In this document: positions 37,441 to 47,730 of the stretch, piece by piece | Numbering within the stretch: the stretch's first letter is position 1 | Layout: each line of letters begins with the position of its first letter | Source: Thermoanaerobaculaceae bacterium | GTDB lineage: Bacteria; Acidobacteriota; Thermoanaerobaculia; Multivoradales; UBA5704 | Assembly: GCA_963712665.1 (NCBI GenBank) | Contig: CAVQIV010000022.1 | Coordinates: 279,215-343,214, forward strand | Direction: 5' to 3' | DNA length: 64,000 nt | Notes under the pieces: model-generated | What the model saw: only the letters and a program-made list of their open reading frames with translations | Told to the model about the DNA's origin: nothing | The model's database searches: none | Position numbers and translations under genes: made by a program

Positions 37441-39900
37441 ATGGAATCACTCTGGAAAGATCTGGGACTTTCGCTTCGCGCTTTGCGCCGCAGCCCGGCG
37501 TTCACCCTCGCCGCCGTCGCCTCCCTGGCCCTCGGCATCGGCGCCAATACCCTGATCTTCATCTTCCTGAACGCCTTTTTCCTGAAGGGCCTGCCGGTGG
37601 CCGATCCCGAGGGCCTGGTGGCGCTCTATTCTCTCGACCTCGACAAACAGGACCTGCTCCCCTTCTCCTACCTGAGCTTCGACGACCTGCGGCGGGACAA
37701 CGAGGCGTTCTCCGGCCTCGCCGCCTACCGCAACCTGTCGGTGGGCCTGACCGGCGACGCCGAGCCGGCCTGGCTCCAGGGCGAGATCGTGTCCGGCAGC
37801 TACTTCGACGTGCTGGGCCTGCGCCCCTTCCGCGGCCGTTTCTTCCTCCCCGAGGAGGATTCGACGCCGGGCGGCCACCCCGTGGCCGTGCTCTCTCACG
37901 CCCTCTGGCAGAGCCGCTTCGCCTCCGATCCCAAGATCGTCGGCCGGGTGATCCAGCTCAACGGCCTGGGCTTCACCGTGATCGGCATCACGCCGCCGGA
38001 GTTCAAGGGCCTGAGCATCCTCAACACGCCGCCCCAGATCTGGGTCCCCATGGCGATGTATCGCGACCTGTCGAGCGGGCCGGCGAAGACCTGGCTGGAC
38101 AAGCGGGGCGCCCTCGTCTTCTCCGCCGTGGCGCGCCTGAAGCCCGGCCGGCGGATCGAGGGCGCCCGCGCCTTTTTGAAGACGTTTGCCAGCCGGCTGG
38201 AGCGCGAGTATCCGGACGCCAACCGGAGCCTCAGCTTCACCGCCGTCCCCCTGTCGCGGGCGACGCTCCCCCCGGGCGCGCGCGGCGGCTTCGTGCTGTC
38301 AGCCGGCCTCCTCGCGGCGGTCGTCGGCCTGCTGCTGCTGATCGCCGGCGCCAACGTGGCGAACCTGCTGCTGGCCCGGGCCCTGGCGCGCAGCGGCGAG
38401 ATCGCCGTGCGCCTCTCCCTGGGCGCCGGGCGCGGGCGCCTGCTGCGCCAGCTCTTGACCGAAGGCGCCCTGCTCGGCGTGCTGGGCGGCGGGGCAGGGC
38501 TCCTGGTGGCGATCCTGGGGCGCCGCATCCTCTGGTCGCTGCGCCCGCCGTTCTTCCCCATCACGCTGGACCTCGGGCTCGACTTCCGGGTGCTCTTCTT
38601 CACCTTCGCCGTCGCCCTCGCCACCGGAATCCTCTTCAGCCTGGCCCCCGCCTTCCAGTCGTTCCGCCTCGACCTGTCGACCGTCCTCACCCGCCAGTCG
38701 CGCTCCGGCACCGGCCGCGGCGACGGCTCGGGCTCGCTGCTGCGCGAGTCGCTCATCGCCGTGCAGGTGGCGCTGGCGATCGTGGTGCTGGCCGGCGCTG
38801 GTCTCTTCGTGCGCAGCCTGCTCGCCGTCGAGAAGGTCGATCCCGGCTTCGAGACCGAGAAGCTGTTCGTCATCCCCTTCGACCTCGGGGCGCGGGGTTA
38901 TGCGCCGGCACGGGCCCAGGAGTTCTACCGCCAGGTCGTGGCGCGGGCCGCGACTCTGCCGGGGGTGCAGAGGGCCGCCGTGGCCAACCGCTTCCTGCTG
39001 GCGGCGGGAGTCCTGCGGATGTCGGTCGAAGCGGAGGGGCAGGAGGCGCGGACGGGCAACGAGCAGATCACGGCCGGGGTCACTATCATCGGCGACGGCT
39101 ACTTCGACACCGTCGGCATCGCCAAGCGCTCCGGGCGCACCTTCGACGACAACGATCGCGAGGGCAGCCTGCCCGTGGTGATGATCAACGAGAGCCTCGC
39201 CCGCCGCCTCTGGCCGGGCCAGCCGGCCGTGGGCAAGCGCCTGCGCCTGGGCGCCGAGGGGTGGCTCCAGGTGAAGGGCGTCGTGGCCGACGCCCGCACC
39301 AGGGGACTGCGCGAACCGCCGGAGCCCAACGCCTACCGGCCGGTGCTCCAGAGCTTCGCGCCGGTGATGCTGCTGCACGTGCGCACACAGGGCCGCCGGA
39401 GCCCGTGCTGGAGCCGATAAGGCGGCTGGTGCAGGGGATGGACCCCGCCCTGCCGCTGCTCGAGCCGCGCACCATCGGCCAGGTGCGCAAGCCTGTCGCT
39501 GTGGGCGCCGCGCATGGGCGCCGGCCTCCTCTCGCTCTTCGGCCTCCTCGCCACGGTGCTCGCGGCGCTCGGCGTCTACGGCGTGGTGGCCTACTCGGTG
39601 GGCCAGCGGCGGCGCGAGATCGCCATCCGCATGGCCATCGGCGCGGAGCGCCGGAACGTCCTGGGCCTCATCCTGCGCCAGGGGATGCTGCCGGTCGCCA
39701 TCGGCATCGCCGCCGGCATCGCCGGCGCCCTGGCCCTGGCGTGGACGGTCCGCAGCCTGCTCTTCGGCATCGGCGCCGCCGATCCCCTGGCCTTCGGCGG
39801 CGCCGCGCTGGTGCTCGCCTTTGTCGCCCTCGCCGCCGTCTACTTCCCCGCCCGCCGCGCCTCCGGGCTCGATCCGGTCAACGCGCTGCGCGAGGGCTGA
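37441..39900 (+). CDS. ABC-transporter permease of the MacB/FtsX type with duplicated FtsX domains (ADOP-like), frame-broken near 39.40-39.52 kb
   Basis: MESLWKDLGLSLRALRRSPAFTLAAVASLALGIGANTLIF is a typical N-terminal TM helix. A MacB-like periplasmic region follows. The first FtsX core is LLLIAGANVANLLLARALARSGEIAVRLSLGAGRGRL. The C-terminal part continues in two other frames: DPALPLLEPRTIGQVR in ORF 39261..39914, then GLLATVLAALGVYGVVAYSVGQRRREIAIRMAIGAERRNVLGLILRQG in ORF 39514..39900. Confidence 0.75.
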
Positions 39901-39925
39901 GCCCCCACTCCTGAGGAGAGACGCC

Positions 39926-42900
39926 TTGCCGGAAACCCAGACCCAGTCCCCTCCTTCGTCCACGGCGGTCCTGCCCGGCCCTCGCGGCGGCCTCAAGCTC
40001 GGCCCGGGCGCCGACCGCCTCGCCGGCTACCTCGACGCCATCCGCCGGCATGGCGAGATCGTCTGCCTCACCGACAGCGAGGACAGCCGGCAGTTCCTCG
40101 TCAGCCACCCCGAGCACGTCAAGCACGTGCTGCAGGACAACCAGGCCAGCTACCGGCACAACTACCGCAAGAAGATCCTCATGGGCGGCAAGAGCCTCGC
40201 CCTCTCCACCGGCGAGGCCTGGCGCCGGCGGCGGCGCGTGCTGCAGCCGATCTTCAACCTGCAACGCCTGTCGGCCTTGGCGCCCAGGATGGTGGCCGGC
40301 ACCGAGCGCCTGGTGGAGCGCTGGCGCGAGCCGGCCCGCCGCGGCGAGCCGCTGGACGTGGCCGAGGAGATGATCGCCCTCACCCTCGACCTGCTGATCG
40401 AGAGCCTGCTGGGGGCAGGAGCTGGCCGCGGCAACCTGCGGCAGACGGTGACCACGGCCTTCGAATATTTCAACGACCGGGTACGCAATCCGCGCACCCT
40501 GCCCGTCTCCATCCCCACGCCCCGCAACCTGCGCCTGCTCAAATCGCTGCACGACCTGCGGCGTGCCGTGCAGCGGACGATCGACGAGCACCGCGAGAGC
40601 GACGCGCCGGCCGGCGACCTCCTGTCGATGATGATCGCCGCCCGCGACGAGCAGACGGGCGAGGTGATGACCTCCGAGCAGCTTCTCGACGAGCTGATGA
40701 TGCTGCTCGTCATGGGTCATATGACGACCGCCATGGCCGCCACCTGGACCTGGCACCTGCTCGCCCGCCATCCGCAAGTCGACGAGCGGGTGCGCGCCGA
40801 GATCGCCGCGGTGGTGGGAGACCGGCCGGCGGAGTTCAAGGACGTGGCCCGCCTCGTCTACACCCGTATGGTGATCGAGGAGACGCTGCGCCTCTATCCC
40901 CCGAGCTGGGGGTTCGGCCGCCTCGCCCTGGCCGACGACGAGATCGGCGGCTACCGCATCCCCGCCGGTTCGGTGTTGACCCTCTCCCCCTGGGTCACTC
41001 ACCGGCGGCCGGAGCTGTGGCCGGACCCCGACCGCTTCGATCCCGAGCGCTTCGACCCGAAGCACACGGGCGAGCGGCCGCGCTTCGCCTACTACCCCTT
41101 CGGCGGCGGCCCCCGCGGCTGCATCGCCCGCGACATGGCGCTGATGGAGCTCCCCCTGATCCTCGCCACCGTGGCCCAGCGCTACCGGCTGCGGGCCGTG
41201 GCCGGCCATGCCGTGGTGCCGGTGCAGGGGCTCGCCCTGCGCCCCCGCAGCGGCCTGCGCATGACGCTCGCGGACGCCGCGGCCCCGGCGCGCCCGGAGC
41301 CATTGCCGCGTCCCTTCGCCACTCTCCCCGAGCTGCTCCTCGGCGAAAAAACCGCCGCGGCTCCGGCCTTCCTGCACAAGGTGGACGGCGAATATTCGCC
41401 CATGGCCCGCGCCGAGCTGCTGGAGCGCGCCGGCCGCCTTGCCCTGGCCCTGGCCAGTCTCGGCCTCGCGCCCGGAGAGCGGGCCGCGCTTCTCGCCCGC
41501 AACAGCCCCGAGTGGGCCGTGGCCGACCTCGCGGTGCTGGCCGCGGGCGGCGTGACCGTCCCCCTCCAGGCCGACCTCGTTGCCGACGAGGCGGTCGGCC
41601 GGATCCGCGCCAGCGGTGCCCGCTACCTCCTCGCGGGCGCCGGCCGCATGGCCGAGCTCCTCCCCCGCCGCAACGAGCTGCCGGACGTACGCCTGTGGCT
41701 CCAGCTCGACGGTCACGGCCCAGTGGGCGAAGGCGTGACGACCCTGCGCTCGCTGCTGGAGCCGGCGCCGCAGGGAGACCTCGCGGCCCTCGTTCGCCAA
41801 CGCCGCCCAGAAGACCCTGCGACCCTGCTCTACACCCCTGGCACCACGGGCGAGCCCAAGGCCGTGGCACTCTCGCACGACAACCTCGCGGCCGCCGTCC
41901 ACGGCCTCGCCGAGGCCCTGCCCATCCACCCGGGAGACACGGCCTTCTCCTATCTCCCCCTCACCCGGCCGGCCGAGCGGAGCCTCCTCTACGCCGGCCT
42001 TCTGCGCGGTGCCACCGTGGCCTTCGCCGGCTCGCCCGACACGGTCGATGAGGATCTCCGGCAGGTGCGGCCCCACTTCTTCAGCTCGACACCGGAATTC
42101 TGGAAACGGCTCCTCAACTGGCTGTTCAATGCCGTCCAGGGCAAGTCGCCCCGCCGTCAACGGTTCTTCCAGTGGGGGGTCCAGGTCAGCCGCGCGGCGC
42201 TGCGGTTCCGCGTCCGGCAGGAGCGCCCGCCGGGCCGGCTGGGCTGGCAGCTCGCCCTGGCCGACCGTTTCGTCTGGTCGGTGGTGCGCCAGCGCCTGGG
42301 CGGCCGCCTGCGCTTCGCCGTCTCCGGCGGCGACCGCCTCCCCCACGGCTGGATCACCTTCCTGTGGGCCGCCGGCCTCTCCATCTACGAGAGCTACGGC
42401 CTCACCGAGGCCTCGGGCGTGGTGACGATCGCTACGCCCAAGGCCGTCCGCCTGGGCACGCCCGGCAGCCCCCTGCCGGGCGTCGAGGTGCGCATGGCCG
42501 CCGGCGGCGAGCTCCTGGTGCGGGGCGCGACGGCCACGGGAGTCGACGCCGATGGCTGGCTGCACACCGGCGACGCCGGCTGGCTCGACGACGCAGACAT
42601 GCTCAACGTTTTCGGCCGGCTGGGCGACCTCTGGACCGGAGCGGAGGGCAAGAAGGTCTCCCCCGGCGGCCTCGAATCGCTCTTCAAGTCCAGCCACTTC
42701 GTCACCCACGTCCTGGTGGTGGGGGCGGGCCGGCCGTTCAACGCCGCCCTGCTCGTCCCCGACTTCGCGGCCCTGCGGCACTTGGCCCAGCGCCGCGGCA
42801 TCGCCTTCTCCTCGCTGGAGGAGTTGGTGCGTGACGAGCGGGTGCGCGAGGTCGTCGGAAACGACATCAAGGGCTTCAACGACAAGCTCGCCCCCCACGA

Positions 42901-43042
42901 CAAGCTCCGCACCTGGGACCTCCTCCCCCGCGAGCTGGCCGCCAGCGAGCTCACCGCCACGGGCACCCTGCGGCGGGAGGTCGTGATGGAGCGGTGCGCC
43001 GGGGAGATCGAGCGGCTGTATAAAGAAGAAAAAGCGGAGTAA
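39926..43042 (+). CDS. Natural fusion of a cytochrome P450 (N-terminal ~460 aa) and a long-chain fatty acyl-CoA synthetase / AMP-dependent ligase (C-terminal ~560 aa)
   Basis: The likely start is TTG 39926-39928, with GAGGAGAG six nt upstream, directly after the permease stop (39898-39900). The P450 part has the EXXR motif EETLRLYPP, PERF, and the heme loop FGGGPRGCIARDMALMEL. A ~16-aa linker (DAAAPARPEPLPRPFA) is in the same frame with no stop. The ligase part has TYSPMARAELLERAGRLA, LLYTPGTTGEPKAVALSHDNL, ESYGLTEASGVV, GWLHTGDAGWLD and GKKVSPGGLE. Confidence 0.8.
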   Translation: MPETQTQSPPSSTAVLPGPRGGLKLGPGADRLAGYLDAIRRHGEIVCLTDSEDSRQFLVSHPEHVKHVLQDNQASYRHNYRKKILMGGKSLALSTGEAWRRRRRVLQPIFNLQRLSALAPRMVAGTERLVERWREPARRGEPLDVAEEMIALTLDLLIESLLGAGAGRGNLRQTVTTAFEYFNDRVRNPRTLPVSIPTPRNLRLLKSLHDLRRAVQRTIDEHRESDAPAGDLLSMMIAARDEQTGEVMTSEQLLDELMMLLVMGHMTTAMAATWTWHLLARHPQVDERVRAEIAAVVGDRPAEFKDVARLVYTRMVIEETLRLYPPSWGFGRLALADDEIGGYRIPAGSVLTLSPWVTHRRPELWPDPDRFDPERFDPKHTGERPRFAYYPFGGGPRGCIARDMALMELPLILATVAQRYRLRAVAGHAVVPVQGLALRPRSGLRMTLADAAAPARPEPLPRPFATLPELLLGEKTAAAPAFLHKVDGEYSPMARAELLERAGRLALALASLGLAPGERAALLARNSPEWAVADLAVLAAGGVTVPLQADLVADEAVGRIRASGARYLLAGAGRMAELLPRRNELPDVRLWLQLDGHGPVGEGVTTLRSLLEPAPQGDLAALVRQRRPEDPATLLYTPGTTGEPKAVALSHDNLAAAVHGLAEALPIHPGDTAFSYLPLTRPAERSLLYAGLLRGATVAFAGSPDTVDEDLRQVRPHFFSSTPEFWKRLLNWLFNAVQGKSPRRQRFFQWGVQVSRAALRFRVRQERPPGRLGWQLALADRFVWSVVRQRLGGRLRFAVSGGDRLPHGWITFLWAAGLSIYESYGLTEASGVVTIATPKAVRLGTPGSPLPGVEVRMAAGGELLVRGATATGVDADGWLHTGDAGWLDDADMLNVFGRLGDLWTGAEGKKVSPGGLESLFKSSHFVTHVLVVGAGRPFNAALLVPDFAALRHLAQRRGIAFSSLEELVRDERVREVVGNDIKGFNDKLAPHDKLRTWDLLPRELAASELTATGTLRREVVMERCAGEIERLYKEEKAE

Positions 43043-43185
43043 GTTGCCGGCGGGACGCCAGCGGTCCCAGGGGGCGCGCGCCTCCACATCTACCCATATC
43101 TAGTAGCCCCGTCTTCCCCTCCCCCATATCTTGTGGTCTCGGCATCAGCTCTGATAAGCTCCCTTCGTCACGTTGAAGGGAGCCC

Positions 43186-46100
43186 ATGCTAAAGGTCGAA
43201 CGCCTCGAGATCTCCGGTTTCAAATCCTTCGTCGATCCCGTAGAGGTCCATTTCGCCGGCGGCGTCACCGCCATCGTCGGACCCAACGGCTGCGGCAAGA
43301 GCAACCTCTCGGAAGCCATCACCTGGGTGCTCGGCGAGCAGAGCGCCAAGAGCCTGCGCGGCGGCTCCATGGAGGACGTCATCTTCAACGGCTCGGACAG
43401 CCGCAAGCCGCTGGGCATGGCCGAGTGCCTCCTCACCCTGCGCACCGAGCTCGACCTGCCCGGCGCGGACGACGGCCGCATCACCATCGGCCGGCGCGTC
43501 TTCCGCGGCGGCGAGAGCCAGTACCGTCTGAACGGCCGGCTGGTACGCTTGAAGGACGTCAAGGACATGCTGATGGACACCGGCCTCGGCATCCGGGCCT
43601 ACTCCGTCATCGAGCAGGGAAAGATCGGCATGATCCTCTCCGGCAAGCCGCAGGAGCGGCGCCGGTTGATCGAAGAGGCCGCGGGCATCACCCGCTACAA
43701 GGCGCGCAAGGGAGTCGCCGAGGTGAAGCTCCAGGAGGCGACCTCCAACCTGCTGCGCCTCGACGACGTCATCTCCGAGGTAGAGCGCGCCCTGCGCTCG
43801 CTCAAGCGCCAGGCGAGCGCCGCCCGCCGCTATCAGGAGAAGGAGAAGGAATATCGGGAGCTTCTGGAGCAGGTGCTCCTCGGCCGCTGGGCCGCCCTCG
43901 CCGCCCGCCTCGCGTCCCTGCGTTCCACCCTGGAGGACGCCATCTCCCGTGAAGCGGCCCTGGTGGCCGACCTGCACCGCGACGAGGCCGCCCTCGCCGC
44001 TGGCCGCGAACGTCTGGAAGATCTGGCGCGGCTCATGGCCGAGCGCCACCAGCGGGTCTCCGAGCTGGCGACCGTGATCGAGGGACGGCAGGAGTTCCTC
44101 AAGGCCAACCGCCAGACCATGCAGGAGATCGGCGAGCGGGCGGCCCAGGGACGGGCCCTCGCCGAGCGGCGGGAGGCCGAGATCGCGGGCCACGTCGAGG
44201 CCCTGGAGACGCTGGAGGAGAAGCGCCGGGAGCTCGCCGCCGAGCGCGGCCAGGCCGCCGCCGCCGTGGACGAGGACGAGCGCCAGATCGCCGCCGCCGA
44301 GCGCGACCTGAAACAGGTGGCCGTCCGGGTGGAAGGCTTCCGCGCCCAGACGCTCGCCGCTGTGAACGAGATCAACGCTGCCAGGAACCATCTGCAACAG
44401 GCCCAGATCGAGCAGGAGCGGGGGAACTTCCGCCGCCACAGAATCGACCAGGAGATCGCCGAGCACGCCGGCGAGGTGAAGCAGGCGGGCGAGGTCCTGG
44501 AGATGTCCCGCAGCAAGGTGGCCGGCACCGAGGCCGCCCTGGACGCCAAGACGAGCGAGCAGGAGAAGGTCGCCGCCACCCTGGAGCTGACGATGCGCCG
44601 CGAGGCCGAGGCCTCGGAGAAGAAGCGGGGCCTCGAGGACCAGCTCTCGGGCGCCCGCCAGCGCCAGCGCATCCTAGACGAGCTCTCCCGCGCCCACGCC
44701 CAGCGCCGGGCCGCCCTGGCCAAGGCGCTCGCCACGGCCGGCATCGACGCCCCCGTCTACCTGGCGAGCCAGGCCCACGCCGTCGAAGGTTGGGAACGCG
44801 CCCTCGACGTCTACCTCGGCAGTCTCGCCGATGCCGTGGTGCTGGAGCCGGGCGAGAGCGCCCGCGGCCTCGCCGCCGCCCTCGCCGGCCGTTCGGCCGC
44901 CGTGCTCGTCGAGCGCCAGTCCGGCACCTCCGAGTCCTGGCCGGTGGTGGACGATCCGGCGGTGGTCCTCTCCCTGGGCCAGGCCCTGGGCCTCTCCGAG
45001 GACCTCGCCGCCGCCCTTCCCCCCGCCTTCCTGGTGCGCACCGCCGCGGACGCCGAGCGGCTGGCCCGGCTCCATCCCGGCCTCGCCTTCTTGAGCCGCG
45101 AAGGCGTCTGGGTGGAGGCCGGCACCTTCCACGTCGAAGGCGAGGTGGCCACTCCCGGCGTGCTGGAGCGGGAGAGAGCGCTGGCGATCCTCTCCCGGCA
45201 GATCCCCGACCTCGAAGGCCAGCTCCACGACGCCGCCGACCTCCTCGACCGCTTGGTGGCCGAGCGCGCCACCCTCGCCCGCGAGTCCAACCGGCTCCAG
45301 GGCGAAGTGGCCCAGCTCCGCCAGGAGCTGGCCGTGGGCAGGGCGCGCATGGAGGATGCCGCCGCCCGCCACCGCCGCCTCAACACCGAAGCCGACACCC
45401 TTTCGACCGAGCAGCAGGAGATCGCCCGCGAGATCGAACGGGTGGCCGAGAAGCGCCAGCACCTCCAGGAAGAGCTGGCCACCGCCGAAGGCCGGAGCGC
45501 CGGGCTCCAGGAGGATTTCGACCGCGCCCAGGCCGAGCTCGAAGCCGCCAAGGTCCACCGCGAAGGGCTGCGCACCGCCAGCGCCGGCCGCCGCGGGCGC
45601 CTCGAGCTGCTCGACGAGCGCCTGGAGTCGCACGACCGCGAGATGGGCCGCCTGAGCGCCGAGGTGGAGCGCGGACGCGACCAGATCGACGCCTGGCGCC
45701 AGGAAGCCGACAAGCTCACCGGCCGGCGCGCCGACCTCGAACGGGCCCTCGAACGGGCGCAGGACGAACTCCAGACCGCTCTGGAGCACAAGGCCGCGGC
45801 CGAGGAGGGGGTGCTGGAAGAGCAGGAGCGGCTCGATCTCCACCGCCAGGAGATCCGTCTCTTCGAAGAGAACATCGCCGGCCATCGCGAGCACCGCGAC
45901 GACCGTGCGCACCGAGATCGAGGAGCTGCGCGTCCATCAGGCGAGCCTGAAGCAGGACGCCGAGCACCTCGCCCTCACCTTCCGCGACGACTTCCAGGCC
46001 GAGCTGCCCGAAATCCCGGGCGAGCCGCGCGCCGACCTCACCGAGCTGGAGGGCGAGCTGGCCCGCACCAAGGCCGCCCTGGAGCGCCTGGGGCCGGTGA

Positions 46101-46726
46101 ACATCCTCGCCGTCCAGGAGCACGACGAGCAGGAGCAGCGCTACGAGTTCTTGACCACCCAGCGGGCCGACGTCGCCGCCTCGGTCGAGAGCCTGAAGCG
46201 CACCATCCGCGAGATCAACGAAGCCTCGGGCGAGCGCTTCAACACCACCTTCCAGGAGGTCAACAAGAACTTCGGCGAGATCTTCTCCCGCCTCTTCCGC
46301 GGCGGCGAAGCCGAGATGCGCCTGCTCGACGAGGAAGACGTCCTCGAAAGCGGCATCGAGATCCTCGCCCGCCCGCCCGGCAAGCGCCTCCAGAACCTGA
46401 TGCTGATGTCGGGCGGCGAAAAGGCCTTGACCGCCATCGCCCTGCTCTTCGCCCTCTTCCGCACCAAGCCCTCGCCCCTCTGCATCCTCGACGAGGTGGA
46501 CGCGCCGCTCGACGACGTCAACACCACCCGCTTCGTCGATCTGTTGTCCGAGATGGCGGGCGATACCCAGTTCATCGTCATCACCCACAACAAGCTCACC
46601 ATGGAAGTCGCCTCCCGGCTGTACGGCGTCACCATGGAAGAGAAGGGGGTGTCGAAGCTGGTATCGGTGGAGCTGGAGGAAGTGCAGCCGGCGGAACGGC
46701 GGCTGGCGGCGGCGAGCGGGGGGTAG
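43186..46726 (+). CDS. smc: Chromosome segregation protein SMC, with one frame break near nt ~45900
   Basis: The N-terminal Walker A head is MLKVERLEISGFKSFVDPVEVHFAGGVTAIVGPNGCGKSNL, followed by long coiled-coil text. The C-terminal head continues in frame +1 (ORF 45905..46726) with the LSGGEKALTAIALLFAL signature and ILDEVDAPLDDVN Walker B. The track ORF 43186..47238 instead reads through in the wrong frame after ...IAGHREHRD. Confidence 0.85.
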
Positions 46727-46728
46727 AG

Positions 46729-47238
46729 ATGCCCCACCGCTGGACCGACCGCCACTTCACCTTCAATCTCCCGGAAGAGCTCTTCCCCACCGTCGTAGAG
46801 CGCCTGCGGGGCACACCGGCACGGATCGAGGACAAGGTGCACTCCCTCTCCCCCGAAGTCCTCACCCGCCGCGATGGCGACGCCTGGTCCATCCAGGAGC
46901 ACATCGGTCATCTTCTGGATCTCGACGAGCTGCACGACGGCCGGCTTGACGACTTCCTATCAGGCGCGCCGGTGCTGCGCGCTGCGGACATCACGAACCG
47001 CAAAACGTCTGAGGCCAACTACAACCAGCGCCCGATCGCGGACCTCCTGGCCGCCTTCCGCCGCGAGCGCGAGCGCTTCGTAGCCCGCCTCGACGCCTGG
47101 GATCCCGGGCTCGTCTCCCTGACCTCTCTCCATCCCAGGCTACAGCAACCCATGCGGGTGATCGACATGGCCTTCTTCACCGCCGAGCACGACGACCACC
47201 ACCTCGCCCGCATGACCGAGCTGAGGTCGCGCTCCTGA
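46729..47238 (+). CDS. DinB/YfiT-like (DinB_2) metal-dependent four-helix-bundle protein
   Basis: The ATG at 46729 lies two nt after the smc TAG (46724-46726). Motifs are WSIQEHIGHLLDLDELH and FFTAEHDDHHLARMTEL. Confidence 0.6.
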   Translation: MPHRWTDRHFTFNLPEELFPTVVERLRGTPARIEDKVHSLSPEVLTRRDGDAWSIQEHIGHLLDLDELHDGRLDDFLSGAPVLRAADITNRKTSEANYNQRPIADLLAAFRRERERFVARLDAWDPGLVSLTSLHPRLQQPMRVIDMAFFTAEHDDHHLARMTELRSRS

Positions 47239-47263
47239 GCCGGTCATCGCTCCCGGAGGCTCT

Positions 47264-47722
47264 ATGGCAGAGGAGTCACCCGAAGCTCAGCTCGAACGCT
47301 TCATCGACAGGTTCACGCCCGAGATCGGCGCCCTGGGTCGGGAGGCGCTCTCCCGGTTGCGGGCCATCCTGCCTCCCGCCTTGGAGATGATCTACGACAA
47401 CTACAATGCGCTGGTCATCGGCTTCTGCCCGACGGAGCGCCCCTCGGAGGCGATCTTCTCAATCGCGATGTATGCACGGTCGGTCGCTCTCTGCTTCCTG
47501 CAGGGCGCCGGCCTGCCCGATCCCCAGCAGCGGCTGCGAGGCGGCGGCAACACGGCTCGCCACATCGTCCTCGGCAGCGCGGCGGATCTGGACGAGCCCG
47601 CGGTCCGCGAGCTGATCGCGCAGGCGCTCGAACGCGCCGTCAAGCCGTTCGACGGCACGGTTCGCAGCCGGCTCGTCATCCGGTCCATTTCGGCGAAGCA
47701 GCGTCCCCGACGCCCAGTGTAG
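47264..47722 (+). CDS. DUF1801-like small protein
   Basis: 152 aa; VALCFLQGAGLPDPQQRLRGGGNTARHIVLGSAADLDEPAVRELIAQA resembles the DUF1801 C-terminal pattern. This is a family recollection only. Confidence 0.45.
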   Translation: MAEESPEAQLERFIDRFTPEIGALGREALSRLRAILPPALEMIYDNYNALVIGFCPTERPSEAIFSIAMYARSVALCFLQGAGLPDPQQRLRGGGNTARHIVLGSAADLDEPAVRELIAQALERAVKPFDGTVRSRLVIRSISAKQRPRRPV

Positions 47723-47730
47723 ATGGGCCT

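Noticed and set aside
39821-39925. Track start of the P450 fusion at ATG 39821, inside the permease gene
   Set aside because: These 35 codons overlap the permease C-terminus in another frame. A TTG at 39926 with a GAGGAGAG RBS directly follows the permease stop and is the more plausible start.
41250-41400. Possibility that the P450 and the acyl-CoA ligase are two genes merged by a frameshift error
   Set aside because: Both domains are in the same frame across the junction, with no stop codon in the linker. An indel cannot remove an in-frame stop. A read-level check is still advisable given the error load of this sequence.
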